NCBI GenBank assembly: GCA_002011035.2
Contig: MTLY02000001.1
Coordinates: 192,001-256,000 of the forward strand
Reading direction: 5' to 3'
Length of the DNA: 64,000 nt
DNA from: Candidatus Hecatella orcuttiae
GTDB taxonomy: Archaea > Thermoproteota > Bathyarchaeia > Hecatellales > Hecatellaceae
Under the pieces are notes generated by a model that saw only the letters and a program-made list of their open reading frames with translations, was not told the DNA's origin and did no database searches. The position numbers and the translations under genes are program-made. The stretch's first letter is position 1. Every line of letters begins with the position of its first letter. Shown one piece after another: positions 36,295 to 46,636 of this stretch.

Positions 36295-37953
36295 TCAGGC
36301 TGAATTGGAAGTGACCGGTGTCTTCAAAGGCACCCGGTAGACGATGCCGTAGCGCACTTGGCCTTCGTCGCCTTCCTCGTCGATCTTCCTGACGATGGCT
36401 TCCAGTTCAACTCCTTCAGTCAAATAAGGCGGGTAGGTGTCCGTGATGATGGCCATGTTCTCCTTGTAGACGTTGTACGACTTGATGCGGCATCCTTTCT
36501 TGAAGGACACCAGAACCGCCCGGGAGGGGTAGAGTTTGGCCTCCAACACCGAAGGGTTGTTAAAGCCGGGGCACTTGGAGTCGACGCAGAAGTCTTTAGC
36601 TGGGAAGTAGACGCGCTTGCACCCGTGGCAGAGCTGGATCTTTATTTTCTTACTTTTGATAGGCTTTATCTCGCCTACGACTCGTTTAGGCGGCCGTCCC
36701 ATTCGCAGGTATTCTCTTATGCGGCGTATCTTAAGCCAGTAGTAGTCCTTCCAGCCCAACTTCTTCTTTCTCTCCAAGAAATCCCTGATGCTGGGTGCTA
36801 AGGTTTTTTTCTTCTCGATTCCCGGCAGCGTTCTAACCCATGTGGCCAAGCTGGCTGCCCAAGAGCCGTAGGAAATAGCCAAGATGTCCTGTCCGGGAGC
36901 GGCCATGTCGAGGATGTTCACAAGGTTCAGGGGCGTGTTCCCAGCGTAGGAGTTTCCCACCCACCTGGAAAGGAGGGTGGGGTGGATCTTCTCCTTCCTC
37001 TCCGCTTCGCTGAGGGTCAGGATTTCTAAGGATCTCATGACAAATTTTTTGAAATACTTGTTCAGGTAGCTGAATTCCTCAGCCCTCTTGACCACGACGT
37101 CGGGGTTTTCCTTCATCTCCCTCTGAAGCTTCTCCGTGCACTCCTCGGGGTGGAGAAACGTCTGAATGACCGAGAGAGGCCTGAAGGTCTGCTCCACAAG
37201 CTTCGCGTAGGGAGAGTGGGAGGTGATCCACCTGAAATGGTTCAATGTCAAGTCATGCTTCTTCAGCATCTTATAGGCCGAGTTGAGTACCCGATGCATG
37301 TACGCCCTCTTCGTCGTCTCGCCGAAGTGGGTAGGGTTCGGCTGACCTTCCCGCCTCCAGAAATCCTGCTCCAACCCCGCGTTCCCTACCACGTCCACGA
37401 TCTCAGCCGCAGGGTCTTTCGTCTCATCCTTTCTGCCGATGAGGAAGGAGCCGCTGCCGCAGCCTACCAGTATCTCCAGCGGATCGCCTTCCGCCCCGCC
37501 GGAGATGTCCGCCCCGATAGCTAGGCCGTAGGATATGTCCCCGCTTTCCACGTATTTCTGGCAGATGCTCAAAGCCTCCATGCCTGAGTTGCAAGCCAAC
37601 TCAAGGTCGGCTACATGTTCAAGATGCTGGCAGGACTCGAAGAAGGCGGCTACATGAAGCCCGGAGGAGCCTACAGCGTAGGGTCCGGATTCTTTTCCGA
37701 AGAAGGCGGCCTCGATTTTTTTGCAGTCGATTCCGCTTCTCTTCACTGCGTTGTAAGCGGCTTCCCAGCCGAGGGTGATGGTGTCCTCATCGATTCCGGG
37801 GACAGCTTTTTCCTCAACCCATAGACCATACCGGTAGTAGGAGATTCTATCTTTCTTCTCTCTTCTCCGCACCAGTTCTTCCACGTCGAATCTTCTTAGG
37901 GGGATGTATCCTCCCCAGCCTAGGATACAGGCTCCCTGACCGTTACCCGCCAT
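36295..37953 (-). CDS. HMG-CoA synthase-like protein fused to C-terminal DUF35 (Zn-ribbon/OB) domain
   Basis: EKAVP..DEDT.T, ESGPY, ELAC, DFWRR, HSP, GNSY, SYGS; C-terminal CHGC..YFP...C...C...RK...G..RYG. Confidence 0.85.
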   Translation of the reverse strand: MAGNGQGACILGWGGYIPLRRFDVEELVRRREKKDRISYYRYGLWVEEKAVPGIDEDTITLGWEAAYNAVKRSGIDCKKIEAAFFGKESGPYAVGSSGLHVAAFFESCQHLEHVADLELACNSGMEALSICQKYVESGDISYGLAIGADISGGAEGDPLEILVGCGSGSFLIGRKDETKDPAAEIVDVVGNAGLEQDFWRREGQPNPTHFGETTKRAYMHRVLNSAYKMLKKHDLTLNHFRWITSHSPYAKLVEQTFRPLSVIQTFLHPEECTEKLQREMKENPDVVVKRAEEFSYLNKYFKKFVMRSLEILTLSEAERKEKIHPTLLSRWVGNSYAGNTPLNLVNILDMAAPGQDILAISYGSWAASLATWVRTLPGIEKKKTLAPSIRDFLERKKKLGWKDYYWLKIRRIREYLRMGRPPKRVVGEIKPIKSKKIKIQLCHGCKRVYFPAKDFCVDSKCPGFNNPSVLEAKLYPSRAVLVSFKKGCRIKSYNVYKENMAIITDTYPPYLTEGVELEAIVRKIDEEGDEGQVRYGIVYRVPLKTPVTSNSA

Positions 37954-38322
37954 AACCGCCTACCCAGTCCTTTGACGCCTTCGCTAAATTTTTCCAGCTT
38001 CACCTATGTTGAATTGATCTTAATTAAGGTTTCCGTTCCCAGCCCCGCCAGCTTCACTTAGAATGGGGAAGAAGCTGCGAATACAGTCGGCGGCTTTCAC
38101 CAGATTTCTGTCCAGCATGATTCGACAGTTTGCCCTTCCCCATCATGAAAAACCCGCGGCGAAAAATCTGTAACATGTATGGCCATATATGGCAAAATTA
38201 TTATACTCGCTGTTTCAGAAGGGGACTCTTACCAGAAGGCTGGTTTTCAGGGAACGGTGGAATTCTTCTTTGGCAGCGTATCCCTAAACTAGGTTCCGCC
38301 GAGCGAATTTAGCCTCAGAGGT

Positions 38323-39882
38323 TTAGAGGACGTTTTCTTCCACTTCAGACTTCTTCACAGGCGCGTTTCTTGCTGCGAGCGCTTCCCTCTGAGCATAGGC
38401 TTGCTTGGATAAGGATTGTTCAAGATATTCTTTGTAGTCGAAGATCTTCACCGGCACAGCGAAGTGAATTTCAGGCTGAGAAACCAGGAGGGCTTCCCCC
38501 ACATCCAGCATCTTCAACTCCACATCGGAATATTCCAGGTAAGGCGTGTTCTCAGCCAGGTAGACGCGGTCCTCTTTGAGGCTGGTCTTCAGGATTAGCT
38601 TGGTCCAAAGCTCAGCGAAGACATCGCGGTTTATGCGGCAGGGCCTAGGGGTCACCGCGTTCAAGCCCACCTTATACTTGCGGCATGTGAGGGCTATATC
38701 TGAGAAGAGGGTGTGTCTTTCCTCCAGAAACTTGTGAGCCTCCTCCAAGGTGATGAGGAGGTAGGGAAGCCTCCGCCAAGCCTCATAGTCAGAGCGCCAC
38801 CGAGCCTTGTAATACTCCACAGCCCTGTCGGCTACCCAGCCTACCACCTGCCTCTGAGCTTCCTCCCTCATCCCTGAAACATCGACCAACACGCTTTTGC
38901 CTCCGGCCAAGGCCTTGACAACGGAGTGGGAGAAGTCATGGTCTAGATCCGCGAAGACCGTGCCGTTGAGGTAGGAGAGTTTTCTAAGCAGGGCGGTGGC
39001 CACAGCCTTCTGGCCGTCCGCCACCTTGAGCACTCCGTAGACATCCTCCTTCTCGTAGAGGGCTACAGCCTCGGTGATCCACTTACCCCGGCCCAGTCTG
39101 CTGGAAAGCTTCTTGGCGTAATGAGCTTGGGGAGGCGAAAGGTCTGGGTAAAGCTTCCAAAGGTCCTGAGGCTCTATTCTCCTCAGGCCTATCCGAATGA
39201 GGCCGTGGGCCACGGGAACCCGAGGTCTTTCCAAGCCGTAATACTCCAACCTTTCGGAGGCCAAGGGGCTGTCGGCCAACCCTTTGCCGATACCTTTCCC
39301 GGTGAGGAGTTCTCCTGCGAAATCGAAAATGAGCCCCACCGCTTTCCCCTCCGTCTCCATAAGGGCTGCGTTCAACACCAACTCCGCGTTGGTCTTCCCC
39401 GAACCTATCTGCCCCACCACTGCCATCATCCGGGGTATGCACTCCACACCGATACCCACCGTCCTCCTGCCTACAGCGGAGCCCTCCCGGAGGTAGCCTA
39501 ACTTCAGCTCTCCGGTGAGCTCCAAGGCCTTGTAGTCTTCCCAGCCTAGGGACTCCGCAGCCCAGCCGTAGTCAGGATTCAACGTAGGAGACCTAATCCG
39601 CCCTAGGCTGTCCCTTTCGAGGAAGAGGACGGCTTCCACGAAGCGGAACTGGGAGTAGGGCCCCACGGTTCTCATGGAGCCTTTCAGGTCCCGCAGCTCA
39701 TCCAGCTCCCCCAGCGTCGACCGGCTTCCAGCGTCGGTTACCCGAGCGTAGAAAACCCGGGAGGCCCCCTCCTCTCTTGAGGGTGTTATTTTTACAATCT
39801 GGCCGAAGCTGATGGTTGTGTCTGCAGTGACGATGAAAATCACCCGGTCTCCTTGGGCTTCCCTCACCCTGCCCAGCTCCAC
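38323..39882 (-). CDS. HerA-like ATPase
   Basis: N-terminal HAS-barrel-like region, Walker A GQIGSGKT, IFDFAGE, Walker B LEEAH, CRKY, L..GEAL. GTG start lies 1 nt after the NurA stop. Confidence 0.9.
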   Translation of the reverse strand: MELGRVREAQGDRVIFIVTADTTISFGQIVKITPSREEGASRVFYARVTDAGSRSTLGELDELRDLKGSMRTVGPYSQFRFVEAVLFLERDSLGRIRSPTLNPDYGWAAESLGWEDYKALELTGELKLGYLREGSAVGRRTVGIGVECIPRMMAVVGQIGSGKTNAELVLNAALMETEGKAVGLIFDFAGELLTGKGIGKGLADSPLASERLEYYGLERPRVPVAHGLIRIGLRRIEPQDLWKLYPDLSPPQAHYAKKLSSRLGRGKWITEAVALYEKEDVYGVLKVADGQKAVATALLRKLSYLNGTVFADLDHDFSHSVVKALAGGKSVLVDVSGMREEAQRQVVGWVADRAVEYYKARWRSDYEAWRRLPYLLITLEEAHKFLEERHTLFSDIALTCRKYKVGLNAVTPRPCRINRDVFAELWTKLILKTSLKEDRVYLAENTPYLEYSDVELKMLDVGEALLVSQPEIHFAVPVKIFDYKEYLEQSLSKQAYAQREALAARNAPVKKSEVEENVL

Positions 39883-39883
39883 C

Positions 39884-40909
39884 TTACCAGCCCTCCATTC
39901 TTTCCACAAGCTCGTAATCATGCCTCAAGCCCAGCAGATGCCTTCTGAAACTGGCTGCTTCCACCTCCGTGAGAAGGTCTTCCAGCAGCCCTTCTTCCTC
40001 CAAACCCGTGTAGAGCATCTCCTCATATTCGAGAAGCTTGGCTTCAGGGATCTTGGTCTGCTGATGCGCGAGGAAAAGCGGCGCCGGGTAGCCGTCGCAA
40101 CGGGCGTCCCTAGCCAAGTAAGCCAGCTGGGAAACGATTTCCACCGCCTGGGAGGAATCCCGTCCTTCCAGTAGGTAGTCGACGATGTCGCAGCGGAAAA
40201 CCCGTGGGCTGGAAGGGGACAGCTTCACGCAGGAAATGTCAGCATAGAGATGCCGGCTTTGGCTTTCCCTTTTACCTAGGGGATAGTAAACCCAGCTCTC
40301 AGCCAGCTGCCCTCGGCTTTGAAGCTTCAGACCCCCTCGGCCCACGGAGGCTAGGAGGTCCCTTCCCCGGGAGTCCCGAAGTTTGGGGGAGGTCTTAGGC
40401 ATCATGAGGAGGGTTATCCCCCTTCTTTTGGAGGCATGGTAGAGGTTGATGGAAAAATTCTGCTCACCCCCAAAGTAGGCGGCTCCGTCCATGAGGTACA
40501 CGTCTCTCCTGTCGAAGCGGGGCTCCAGCTTCAGCACCAGATCGCTTTCAAACCTCCGAAGCTGAGCCCATATTTCAAAAGCCCTGCTCTTTGGGGAGCC
40601 TACGACGGCGAAGAGGTGGTCTTCGCTTCCTTCCTCCTCCACGTTCAACCGGCCTCCCTCAGTTTGCACGACCACGTAGGCGCAGCGGCTGACCCCTATT
40701 CTCCAGTTGTTGGCGCGGAGGAGGGCGTAGGATGAAGCGTCGACGGAGAGATATCTTCCCTTGGGTTGAAGAGGCTTCAACGGGTGATAGCGGTCCGGAT
40801 GAACTTCTTCGAAGATTTCATCCTCTTCCTCGACGGGATAATGTTTGGGGGCTCCCTCGTCTAGGTATTTCTTCATCTTCTTCAGACAGTCTTCTAAGCC
40901 TCGAGCCAT
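39884..40909 (-). CDS. NurA-like nuclease
   Basis: SVDASS, E..L, LMDGA, PKTS, GYPAPLFLAH motifs. Confidence 0.85.
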   Translation of the reverse strand: MARGLEDCLKKMKKYLDEGAPKHYPVEEEDEIFEEVHPDRYHPLKPLQPKGRYLSVDASSYALLRANNWRIGVSRCAYVVVQTEGGRLNVEEEGSEDHLFAVVGSPKSRAFEIWAQLRRFESDLVLKLEPRFDRRDVYLMDGAAYFGGEQNFSINLYHASKRRGITLLMMPKTSPKLRDSRGRDLLASVGRGGLKLQSRGQLAESWVYYPLGKRESQSRHLYADISCVKLSPSSPRVFRCDIVDYLLEGRDSSQAVEIVSQLAYLARDARCDGYPAPLFLAHQQTKIPEAKLLEYEEMLYTGLEEEGLLEDLLTEVEAASFRRHLLGLRHDYELVERMEGW

Positions 40910-41047
40910 GAATTTTCGCCAAAACTTTGAAGAATCGGAACCAGCCCTTCAGAAATAAAAGAGTGCAACCTTTATTTAAGCCAGTGAGACCGATGAAACT
41001 ATTCTCCGTATAGGTTTTATAGATTTCCAATGATCAAACTTTAAGGG

Positions 41048-41680
41048 TTGAAACCTTTGAGGACCCTAGCCATCTCCGACCTCCACGGCCGGCTTGAGAG
41101 AGCCGCCCAATTCAGCAAACTAGCTTCAGCCGATTTCCACTGCCTCGTCCTATGCGGAGACATAACCCATCTGGGGCCGACGGACCTAGGGCGGAAGATC
41201 GTTGAAACCCTCACAAAATCCGGGATCCCTGTCCTCTACGTCGCCGGAAACATGGACCCGCCCACCATCCTTGAAGCTCTCCAAGGGGTGGGAGTCAACC
41301 TCCACGGGGAACCAGCCACTGTTGGAGGGTTTACCTTCCTAGGAGCCGGCTTCGAATACGCCATCGGAGAAAACCTGAAGAGAGGCTTTGGAAAGCTGGA
41401 AGGCAGGAAACTCGACGTACTGGTCACCCATGCTCCTCCCTATGGAACAGAGGTGGACACCATCTGGGGCGGCCGACACATCGGAAGCCCTGAAGTGAGA
41501 AGCTTCATCCAAGAGCACCGCCCCTCCATCGCCCTCTGCGGCCACGTTCACGAAGCCCGAGGCTTGGACAGGCTGGGGGAAACCCTCATCTGCAACCCAG
41601 GCCCGGCGGCTCAAGGGTTTTACGCTGAAATCCAGCTGGGAGGCAGGGTTGAGGCTGAACTTTTGAGGCTGAAAGGCTGA
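41048..41680 (+). CDS. Calcineurin-like metallophosphoesterase
   Basis: SDLH, GDIT, GNMD, THAPP, GHVHE, NPG. Confidence 0.92.
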   Translation: MKPLRTLAISDLHGRLERAAQFSKLASADFHCLVLCGDITHLGPTDLGRKIVETLTKSGIPVLYVAGNMDPPTILEALQGVGVNLHGEPATVGGFTFLGAGFEYAIGENLKRGFGKLEGRKLDVLVTHAPPYGTEVDTIWGGRHIGSPEVRSFIQEHRPSIALCGHVHEARGLDRLGETLICNPGPAAQGFYAEIQLGGRVEAELLRLKG

Positions 41681-41693
41681 GAGGCCGAGTGGA

Positions 41694-42500
41694 TTGGAGG
41701 TTTTCTTCCTAGGGACGGGAGGAGGCCGCTTCGCCACCATCACCCAGAAAAGGAAAACCGCTGGGCTTAGGATTCTTTCAGGCCGGGTGAACCTGCACAT
41801 CGACCCCGGTCCCGGGGCTCTAGTCTACTCCATCCAAGCGGGATTAGACCCGAGGAAGGTCAGAGCCGTCCTCATCACCCACGCTCACCCCGACCACTGC
41901 AACGACGGAGAGGTTATGGTGGAGGCCATGACTGGAGGCGCCATAAAGAAACAAGGCTACCTAGTCTGCGCGAAAAGCGTCCTCCGAGGCAACGAGGTCT
42001 GCGACCCAGCGGTCTCCCGCTACCACCAAGGCCTCCCGCGGGAGATAGCGGAGCTGAGCTCAGGAGGGCGTTTCGAGTTCGAGGGGGTTAAAGTGCAGGC
42101 TGTGAAGGCTGTGCACTACGACCCAGACACCGTGGGGTTCAAAGTTTTCCTACCAGGTGGAGAAAGCCTAGGCTACACCTCCGACGCTGAATATTTTGAG
42201 GGCATGGGAGCCGAATACCAAGGTGTAGACCTCCTCATCCTTTGCACCATGAGACCTCGAGGCAGCCCTCTGAAGTGGCACATGTCCGTGGACGACGCTG
42301 TTAAAGTGTTGGAAGAAGCCCATCCGAAACAGGCTGTCCTCACCCATTTTGGCATGAGGATGCTGACGGAGAACATGCCTGAGTTGGAGGCTGAATACGT
42401 GGAAAAGACCACGGGGATCCCCACCGTTTCCGCCTACGACGGAATGAGGCTGAAGGTGGAGAGGGAGAAGGAAAAGAGAGACCTAACCAGCTTTTTCTAA
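41694..42500 (+). CDS. MBL-fold metallohydrolase
   Basis: FLGTGGGR, DPGPG, THAHPDH, YTSD, THFG. Confidence 0.92.
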   Translation: MEVFFLGTGGGRFATITQKRKTAGLRILSGRVNLHIDPGPGALVYSIQAGLDPRKVRAVLITHAHPDHCNDGEVMVEAMTGGAIKKQGYLVCAKSVLRGNEVCDPAVSRYHQGLPREIAELSSGGRFEFEGVKVQAVKAVHYDPDTVGFKVFLPGGESLGYTSDAEYFEGMGAEYQGVDLLILCTMRPRGSPLKWHMSVDDAVKVLEEAHPKQAVLTHFGMRMLTENMPELEAEYVEKTTGIPTVSAYDGMRLKVEREKEKRDLTSFF

Positions 42501-42563
42501 TAAGGTTGCAAGGGGGTTTAGTTTTAAAAAATTTATATAACTATTATTGTATATATTTATAAG

Positions 42564-42995
42564 ATGGTTATCATGCCTCTGACCGTGGACGAAGTTGCCC
42601 GTCACACGCTGGTAACATGCAAACCAAGCGAAACCCTCTTCGAAGTAGCCAACCTCATGCTGAAGCACAACGTAGGCTCCGTGCTGGTAGAAGACAGCCA
42701 AAGGGAGATAGTCGGAATAGTCACCAAAAACGATATCTTGAGGCAGATGATCGCTGGGAAAAATTTGAAGACCACCCAAGCTGGGGACATAATGTCGTAT
42801 CCCGTTGCCTCATGCAACCGGACAGACACCCTGGAAGAAGCGTTGAGAAAATTCGGAAACTACAGCAGGCTTGTGGTGAAAGCGGAAGACGGAAAAGTAG
42901 TGGGCGTGGCCAAGAAAAAGATCGTGGAACGGTTTGCCAACGTATCCTTAGCCTACGATTTCATTCAACGGCGCCTCCGAAAACCCGGAGACTAA
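42564..42995 (+). CDS. CBS-domain protein
   Basis: VGSVLV...GIVT..DIL; second CBS repeat follows. Confidence 0.88.
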   Translation: MVIMPLTVDEVARHTLVTCKPSETLFEVANLMLKHNVGSVLVEDSQREIVGIVTKNDILRQMIAGKNLKTTQAGDIMSYPVASCNRTDTLEEALRKFGNYSRLVVKAEDGKVVGVAKKKIVERFANVSLAYDFIQRRLRKPGD

Positions 42996-43118
42996 ATTTC
43001 CCCTACCTTTCGCCAGCAGGCCACCGTCAACCATACCCGGGATGCCTGCGCTGATTTTAACATTGCCGTTGGAGGGAAAGCTAAATTAGCGGCTTCCATC
43101 GAAGTATCTAAAAGTGGT

Positions 43119-43523
43119 GTGGAAATGGTGAGGATCACCTACAGACCTACCCAAGAGATAGTCATCTTGGATAGGGTGGAATATCCCACCGTCGACGACT
43201 TGGTGAAAAACATCATCCTAGTTGCCAAGGGCATAGGGCAAACGGGTGTGCTGAGCTGGACGGGGGGAGTCCTGTTCGCGGTTACTCCTCTTCTGCCTGA
43301 GAACGAAAAACTCATGGGCGAATATCTTAGGGGGCGGACCTACATCTCCAATGTCATATTTTCCCTCATGCCCCACTATACTGACTCCATCAGGAAAAAC
43401 GGCATGGAGATACCTGTCATCGATGTCACCCCTAATCCGACCATGCGGAGAATAGCCAGCTGGCTGAAGAAAACCTCAAGGAGCAGAGCGGGAAAACGGC
43501 AGCTTAAAATAAAGGACAGATGA
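43119..43523 (+). CDS. Conserved archaeal hypothetical protein
   Basis: Gene-like ORF in an operon; L.W.GGVLF and IPVIDV pattern resembles small TACK proteins. Confidence 0.7.
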   Translation: MEMVRITYRPTQEIVILDRVEYPTVDDLVKNIILVAKGIGQTGVLSWTGGVLFAVTPLLPENEKLMGEYLRGRTYISNVIFSLMPHYTDSIRKNGMEIPVIDVTPNPTMRRIASWLKKTSRSRAGKRQLKIKDR

Positions 43524-43963
43524 AGGGTATCTGCATGGTTCTCGAAGACTTTCTGTTCCCCGGGGAAGCAGTTTCCTACAAAAGCCTTTCGAAGGTTAAG
43601 TACCTGGGCGATAAGTTTGATTTTTACATCACCAATCAAAGGCTCATACTCTTTCAGGGTGGAAAAAAGGACAGACTTTTCGCTGAAAGATTCAGAGACA
43701 TCGGAAGCCTCCGCTACAGCGAGCGAGGGAGACTCTTGAAAGAGGCATCCATAACCTTAGAAAACCGAGAAAAATACCAGATGGAAATTTCAGGAAAAGC
43801 CTCAGACATGAGGGTCATATGGATAGCGTTGCAGAAAAAATGGCAAGAACTGCAAAAAACTCCAAGCACCGCGGAAGCTGAAAAAGCGAAGTGCAAATTC
43901 TGCGGGGCCCTCATGAACGCTGGCTCTTTAGTTTGTCCAACATGTCGAAAAATACAGAAATAA
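43520..43963 (+). CDS. PH-like domain protein with C-terminal Zn ribbon
   Basis: YITNQRLIL PH-like motif; CKFC...CPTC; ATGA overlap. Confidence 0.72.
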   Translation: MKGICMVLEDFLFPGEAVSYKSLSKVKYLGDKFDFYITNQRLILFQGGKKDRLFAERFRDIGSLRYSERGRLLKEASITLENREKYQMEISGKASDMRVIWIALQKKWQELQKTPSTAEAEKAKCKFCGALMNAGSLVCPTCRKIQK

Positions 43964-44079
43964 CCGGGCACCGGGTGGAAAAGATAAATACGGTAACCTG
44001 AAAAGCATCATGTCACGCCACATAGGAACACCCGCCATGTCAAAGGGTAGCTACTGAGAGAAGCCGCGGGGAATACACC

Positions 44080-46518
44080 ATGCGGGAGACAAAGGGAACA
44101 GAAGCGAAGTTCAAACCCAAGATCGCTGAAAAAAGATGGTCTCCCAGCTTAGAAAACGAGATTTTTGAGGAATGGGAGAAGACAGGCGTTTACAGGTTTA
44201 ACCCTGATTCTGGAAAGCCGATATACTCCATAGACACACCGCCTCCCTATGCCTCAGGCCGTTGGCATGTGGGCGGAGCCACCCACTACGCTCAGATAGA
44301 CATGGTCGCCCGCTACCGGCGGATGAGGGGCTTTGAGGTGAACTTCCCCTTCGGCATCGACCGGAATGGGCTGCCGGTGGAGGTGGAGGTGGAAAAGAAA
44401 CACGGCATAGCCGCTCACCAAGTGCCCCGAGAAGAATTCATCAACCTCTGCAAAGAATTCCTCGACCAAGTTGAGGAAGCCATTCTCGCCGCGGCTAAAA
44501 GGCTGGGAATGAGCTGCAACTTCAAGCAGCTCTACCGAACCGACAGCCCTGAATACCGGAGGATTACGCAGGAAACCTTCATCGAACTCTGGAAGAAGGG
44601 CTTGGTCTACACGGACGACAGGCCTACCAACTGGTGTCCCGTCTGCAGGACCACCATAGCCGACGCTGAGCTGGAATACGCGGAGCGGGACGCCTACCTC
44701 TGCTACATCAGGTTCGGTGTTGAGGGAGACAGCCGAGGAGCCGTAATAGCCACCACCCGGCCTGAGCTTCTATGCACCTGCGCCGCCGTCATCCGTCACC
44801 CCGAAGACGAGCGGCATCAGCACCTGGAGGGAAAAAAAGCTGTCACCCCCATCTTCAGCCGCAAAGTCCCCATCCTAGCCGACCCTTCAGCCAAACCTGA
44901 ATTCGGCACAGGCCTCGCCATGATATGCTCCTACGGAGACTACACCGACATCCGGCTTTTCAGGGAACTAGGCCTCAAGGCTGTGTTGGCCATAGACAGG
45001 GAGGGAAGAATGAACGAGGCCGCCGGCCCCTACCGAGGTTTAACCGTGGAGGAGGCCAGAGAAAGGATCATCGACAACTTGGAAAAAGCCGGCTTCATGG
45101 TTAGGAAGGAGAAAATCCGCCACAGCACCCCCGTGTGCTGGAGGTCTAAAAACCCTGTGGAGTTCATCTCCATGAGCGAGTACTACCTTAAACAGCTTCC
45201 CTTCCAAGAGGCAGTGAGAAGAATGTTTCAAGAAATGGAGTTCTATCCCCCTGAAGCCAGACAGCTTCCCCTAAACTGGGTGGACTCCCTCAACGTCGAC
45301 TGGCCTATCTCGCGGCGGAGATTCTACGGAACCGAGCTCCCCCTCTGGTACTGTCGAAAATGCGGCAAACCCTACCTGCCTCCGCCCGGGCGGTATTACC
45401 AACCGTGGAAGGAGCCTCCGCCCACACCCCAATGCTCCTGCGGCTCCACCGATTTTGAGGGGGAAACCAGAACCTTCGACACTTGGATGGACTCCAGCAT
45501 CACTCAACTTTACATTCTAGGCTACCGCAGAGATGAAAACCTCTTCAAGAAGGCTTATCCCTGCACTCTGAGACCTCAGGGAGCCGACATCGTCCGCACA
45601 TGGCTTTACTACTCCACCCTCAGAACCTACCAGTTGCTCTCCGACAAAGCCTTCCGGCAGGTGAGAATCTCAGGCATGGGCCTCGACGAGGCAGGGGAAG
45701 CCATGCACAAGTCCAAGGGGAACGTCATATGGCCTGAGCCCATCTTGGAAAAACTCGGCGCCGACGCCTTCAGGCTTTGGGGAGCCTCTGAAGCCCGGCT
45801 GGGCTCCGACTACCGGTTCAACTGGAGCAGACTGGAGGGAGCCGCTAGGTTCATCACCAAGCTTTGGAACATCTCCCGTTTCATCTCCTCCTTCCCGGTG
45901 GAAAAAGGGCCTGTGGAGCTTCAGCCTTTAGACGGCATGATCCTCGCGGAGCTGAACAAGGTTGTCGAAGAATGTGTGAAGGGCTACGAAGCCATGGACT
46001 TCTTCATCCCAGCTCAAGCCATCCGAAGCTTTTTCTGGAACATCTTCGCCGACCATTATTTGGAAGCCGTTAAGGCGAGGGCCTACAACTTCCAAAACCT
46101 TTTCCAAGATGACGCCCAAAGATCAGCTTGGAAGACGCTTCACCTCTGCCTGAGCACGGTCCTAAAACTTGCGGCACCCATCTGCCCCCATGTGACGGAG
46201 GCCGTTTGGCGGAGGATTTACTCTGAGACCTCCATCCATTTGGAGGAGTTTCCTCAACCTCAAAAAGAGTGGGAAAGCAGCCTCGGAGAGCTTCTCAAAC
46301 CTTTCACAGCCTTCAACTCCGCGGTGTGGAAGTTCAAAAAAGCCAAAAACATGGCTTTAAACTCCGAACTTCAAACAGTCTACACGCTTCAACCTCTCCA
46401 GCCTCTGGCAGCAGACTTGAAGGCGATGCACAGAATTGAGACCCTAGTCTTCGAGCAGCCTCCGTCGGGGGAGAAGGGCTTGGAAAAAATCGAAGAGTTG
46501 TACATTCGTCCCAAGTGA
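44080..46518 (+). CDS. valS: Valine--tRNA ligase
   Basis: IDTPPP, HVGG, ATTRPE, GTG..MIC, DTWMDSS, RPQG.DI.RTW, MHKSKGN. Confidence 0.95.
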   Translation: MRETKGTEAKFKPKIAEKRWSPSLENEIFEEWEKTGVYRFNPDSGKPIYSIDTPPPYASGRWHVGGATHYAQIDMVARYRRMRGFEVNFPFGIDRNGLPVEVEVEKKHGIAAHQVPREEFINLCKEFLDQVEEAILAAAKRLGMSCNFKQLYRTDSPEYRRITQETFIELWKKGLVYTDDRPTNWCPVCRTTIADAELEYAERDAYLCYIRFGVEGDSRGAVIATTRPELLCTCAAVIRHPEDERHQHLEGKKAVTPIFSRKVPILADPSAKPEFGTGLAMICSYGDYTDIRLFRELGLKAVLAIDREGRMNEAAGPYRGLTVEEARERIIDNLEKAGFMVRKEKIRHSTPVCWRSKNPVEFISMSEYYLKQLPFQEAVRRMFQEMEFYPPEARQLPLNWVDSLNVDWPISRRRFYGTELPLWYCRKCGKPYLPPPGRYYQPWKEPPPTPQCSCGSTDFEGETRTFDTWMDSSITQLYILGYRRDENLFKKAYPCTLRPQGADIVRTWLYYSTLRTYQLLSDKAFRQVRISGMGLDEAGEAMHKSKGNVIWPEPILEKLGADAFRLWGASEARLGSDYRFNWSRLEGAARFITKLWNISRFISSFPVEKGPVELQPLDGMILAELNKVVEECVKGYEAMDFFIPAQAIRSFFWNIFADHYLEAVKARAYNFQNLFQDDAQRSAWKTLHLCLSTVLKLAAPICPHVTEAVWRRIYSETSIHLEEFPQPQKEWESSLGELLKPFTAFNSAVWKFKKAKNMALNSELQTVYTLQPLQPLAADLKAMHRIETLVFEQPPSGEKGLEKIEELYIRPK

Positions 46519-46636
46519 CACTACCGCCCACTAGACCCCTACAGCTCGGCTTTTATCACCCAAGCCATTTAAGCAAAGGTTCGGAGAACTTGGTTTAAAT
46601 AGTATTTCATGCGCTTTCCTTTTGGTTAAACACGGC

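Noticed and set aside
41048-41680. Metallophosphoesterase as the Mre11 partner of NurA-HerA
   Set aside because: Only 210 aa, GNMD rather than GNHD, no capping domain and no Rad50.
44010-44057. 15-aa uORF MSRHIGTPAMSKGSY before valS
   Set aside because: No Val codons and no clear structure supporting attenuation.
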